Source: Amoeboaphelidium occidentale
Lineage: Eukaryota
Assembly (NCBI GenBank): GCA_023515795.1
Contig: JALGPX010000002.1
Span: forward strand, 124,001-188,000
DNA: 64,000 bases
Direction of reading: 5' to 3'
In this document: positions 61,356-64,000 of the stretch, one piece after another
How positions within the stretch are numbered: the stretch's first letter is position 1
Layout: each line of letters begins with the position of its first letter
Notes under the pieces: model-generated
Seen by the model: the letters and a program-made list of their open reading frames with translations, nothing else
The model's database searches: none
What the model was told of the DNA's origin: nothing
Translations under genes and position numbers: made by a program

Positions 61356-63508
61356 ATGCCTAAAAGGAAGAAAAAGAAAGAGCCGGAAATGGCTTTTAGT
61401 ACCGTAATCCCTTCTCTAGAAAGTGCCACGGTTGTTTCAATTGATGCTGCTGATGTTGCTCGTGTGAATGATGAAAGTCCCGAGGAGACCTCTACAAAAC
61501 GTTGCAAGTCATGCGGTGGGACGGACCATCAAAGAGTTTCGTCATAGAAAAGCGCCAATTACAAACCTCCAGTTAACATGAGAAGCGTAGATGCGTCCTA
61601 TGAGTATGCGACGTCTACAATCAAGTTTGGCCTGTTAAAGAATGTCAAGTCTCAAGATTTTCAAATGAAACTGAAACGTTATGTTGAAAGGATGAACTTA
61701 ATTAGGATTCATGCATCAAACCTATTTAACTTGTACTTGATAGATATGTTGGCTGCTGGAAAAAGTATTGGGCTTGTTACAACAGGAAAAGATGGAACCC
61801 TGTGCAATTTTTTTGTTGCGGCTACTTGACGCACAAAAGACGTGCATTCAAATAGTCTGGAGGGTGACTTGGAAAGAATAGTTAGCGATTATGCTTCAAT
61901 GCTGAAACAGGTTGGTTTTGAATTGCCCAATGGAGACGGGTTGTCACAATCAATGGTGCATCTGGCTGGAGAATATGAAACAAGATGCAAAACTTTCGTT
62001 TCAACTACTTTGCTCGGCAGAATAGCACGCTGGTTGAAGTTTTTGTTAGAAACGGCATTGCCAGAGGTGTTCGTGAGCATGGCGCGCAGTAAAAGCGCTG
62101 CTGGTTATTTGATAGCTATGTTCATATATGAAATGTCTGATGATCCTAAAAAAACAAGAACCAACGTTGGCCAAGAAAGTGGTTGAATATTGCAAGAATT
62201 ACAGTTCGATTGGGTTAATGGGTACAGCATTGGAGCAAGTGTATTGCGTTTTGAAGCAAAAAAACAGCGGTCATAAGGCTGAGTCTAGAAAAGTTAAAGA
62301 TCAAGACGAATTGGCACCATTACTTGACGCTACTCTACAAAATTTTGGACTTCTTTAGAAACCATCAAAATGAAGATGCTGCTTTCCGCGTTGAAACTCA
62401 GCAAAGAGGTAGGCGGCTTAGAACATTTACATTGGCGCCCATCTATCAAAACCGTAACGGATACGTCAACATTGACACTTCTTGCCTATTTGAAGTGTAA
62501 CAATTCGAAAAAGAAGACCGACGCGACTGGGGTTTTCCTTTTGATAAGGACTTGATAGAAAAAGGAAAAACAACACGACAGTACTTTATGGAAACAGCAG
62601 AAGCTCGCTGGGGAGAAACAGTTGAGATGAAGCCTTGGTTACCCAAATGAATGACATTTGGGTATTCGATGGTAACTGATGGCGTTTCGGTTGAATTTCA
62701 TGTCATGAAAAAAATCCATGATGGGGACAAAGGTCCCGATGATTTTGGTTTGAATATGGTGGACGACAAGAAATTTTATGTTCCGGTTGATTTAAAAGAT
62801 ACTGTTGTCATTGGCTTAGACCCTGGGAGGAAAGATTTGTTTGATGCGTATGATGAAAATGGGTCTTTTGGTTGTTCTGGGGGAGAATGGAGACGATTGT
62901 CTGGTATTGAATTCTCTGCGAAGAACGAAAGTTTAGGTTGAGTAAACGGACTGATATCGGTAAAATCAATGCCGATATGCCTTCTGCAAAGGTAGCCACA
63001 GTCCTTGAGTTCAAACAATATTTGAGTTACTTTGCAAAAAATTTGAATACTTCAGTGTCTTTTTACGGATCTCACCAGTGGCGTCTTTCTAAGAAGAACG
63101 TGTGACATTCATAAACAATGGGCTTATGATCATTTGATCAAGCGTATCAAAAGAAGGGGAAAGAAAGTCTTTGTTGCTTTTGGTGGTGGCAAGTTTTCTA
63201 GTTGTTCACGTGGTCACGCTCCAATTCCGAAGGTTGGCTTTTACAAAGCGTTGAAACAAAGAAAGATTCCGTGTAGATACGTTTGGGAATACAATACCAG
63301 CAAGATTTGCGCTAAATGTTTCACTGTTCTACCAAAAGGAAGGAAATGGCGTCTGAAGATTTGCTCGAAGATTACTTGTGGCAGATACTGGAACAGAGAC
63401 GTGAACGCTGCAAAAGACATGAAGTTCGTATTTACTTTCATGAACAAGAACAACGGAGAAAGACCAGAACAATTCAAACCAAAACCTACAGAAGCAGGAA
63501 CAAAATAA
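61356..63508 (+). pseudogene. Fanzor1 (eukaryotic TnpB-like RNA-guided RuvC nuclease), decayed
   Basis: Reconstructed length about 715 codons. NLS PKRKKKK, CKSCGGTDH knuckle, RTFTLAPIY...YVNIDT, TDGVSV, RuvC-I GLDPGR (D 62819), AFGGGKF...GHAP, rearranged RuvC-II VWEYNTSK (E 63287), zinc finger CAKC/CSKITC, RuvC-III NRDVNAA (D 63398). Four in-frame stops and about four frameshifts. Confidence 0.9.
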
Positions 63509-63660
63509 CAACAACAAAACCGAGGTAACAGAGGGACGCAAGTCCGCTCAAGACCACAATAGGGACCATGTTACGAACGTTACCTCTGATGTTGATGTAG
63601 TTACGGTTGCGTGACTACATTGACTGTTCGTATGTTGAGTCAATTAAAAGTGAAACGGGA
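63509..63660 (+). ncRNA. Putative Fanzor omegaRNA scaffold / transposon right end
   Basis: Directly after the Fanzor stop. Stem GAGGTAAC/GTTACCTC encloses a GGAC-GCAA-GTCC hairpin, followed by hairpins GTAGTTACG-GTTG-CGTGACTAC and ATTGACT/AGTCAAT. Confidence 0.6.
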
Positions 63661-63743
63661 GTCAGATTTACGAGTCTCTTTTGCGTTCTTTCTGATTGAA
63701 ATCAACAATAATAGAACCGCAGGACGTTTCTTTGCAACGAAAT

Positions 63744-63855
63744 ATGACAGAATTTCCCAAACTTCAAAATGACACCATTTTAAGAGTAATTAAAGGCCAA
63801 AAGGTTGAGCAGACCCCGGCATGGATTATGCGCCAGGCTGGTCGTTATTTACCGG
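63744..63855 (+). CDS. HEM12: Uroporphyrinogen decarboxylase, first exon (partial)
   Basis: [37 protein letters not shown] followed by a GTAAT donor. Confidence 0.93.
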
Positions 63856-63881
63856 GTAATTTGAAATTGAAGTCAGGAGCN

Positions 63882-64000
63882 AACGTTACCTCTGATGTTG
63901 ATGTAGTTACGGTTGCGTGACTACGTTGACTGTTCGTATGTTGAGTCAATTAAAAGTGAAACGGGAGTCAGATTTACGAGTCTCTTTTGCGTTCTTTTTG
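63882..64000. repeat. Duplicate of 63576-63694 after a single N (probable alternate haplotype)
   Basis: Identical apart from two substitutions (CTACATTG/CTACGTTG and TTTCTG/TTTTTG). Confidence 0.88.

Noticed and set aside
61545..63110. Introns as the explanation for the Fanzor interruptions
   Set aside because: The reading continues through single stop codons or 1-nt shifts with protein-like sequence on both sides, and I found no consistent GT-AG pairs that remove them all.
47957..63508. Stop-codon reassignment (TAA/TAG read as Gln) to explain the in-frame stops in gag, Fanzor and the 55.8-kb gene
   Set aside because: Conserved genes end at TAA/TAG at the expected positions (RPS3, TRM9, AACS), long exons have no internal TAA/TAG, and the Fanzor also has TGA stops and frameshifts.
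36161..64000. Tandem duplications at 36.2, 42.7, 52.3 and 63.9 kb as biological repeats, or a second omegaRNA copy forming an array
   Set aside because: Each sits exactly across an N gap, differs by 1-2 SNPs and interrupts an otherwise continuous gene, which fits unmerged haplotype contig ends.
1..64000. CRISPR arrays, tRNA or rRNA genes
   Set aside because: No regularly spaced repeat-spacer array, cloverleaf with T-loop consensus or rRNA-like sequence was recognised by eye.

Overview
Gene-dense eukaryotic scaffold in the standard genetic code, with very short GT-AG introns (mostly about 31-45 nt) and five N-gaps flanked by near-identical duplicated sequence, probably overlapping haplotype contig ends. 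The gene content (INTS2, PRL phosphatase, CBM1 protein, WD40 receptor-like kinases, a Crinkler-type NTPase-nuclease) suggests an early-diverging fungus or aphelid-like holomycotan; this is inference, not a database result. Most of the window is housekeeping genes (TRM9, PHO80-like cyclin, UBA1, CHD1, NOP10, PP2A-A, AACS, IPI1, TDP1, HRD3, RPS3, HEM12). Highlights: (1) a decayed but full-length Fanzor1/TnpB-type RNA-guided nuclease gene (61356-63508), followed directly by a four-helix structured non-coding segment that looks like its omegaRNA; (2) an intronless Crinkler-type NTPase plus restriction-endonuclease gene bracketed by a 126-bp near-perfect direct repeat, as if recently inserted; (3) two tandem WD40-ectodomain, non-RD receptor-like kinases that stop at subdomain IX and share an invariant 18-bp downstream element; (4) the two catalytic halves of ALKBH8 as separate neighbouring genes; (5) a box C/D snoRNA in an RPS3 intron. 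All calls come from motif recognition by eye.
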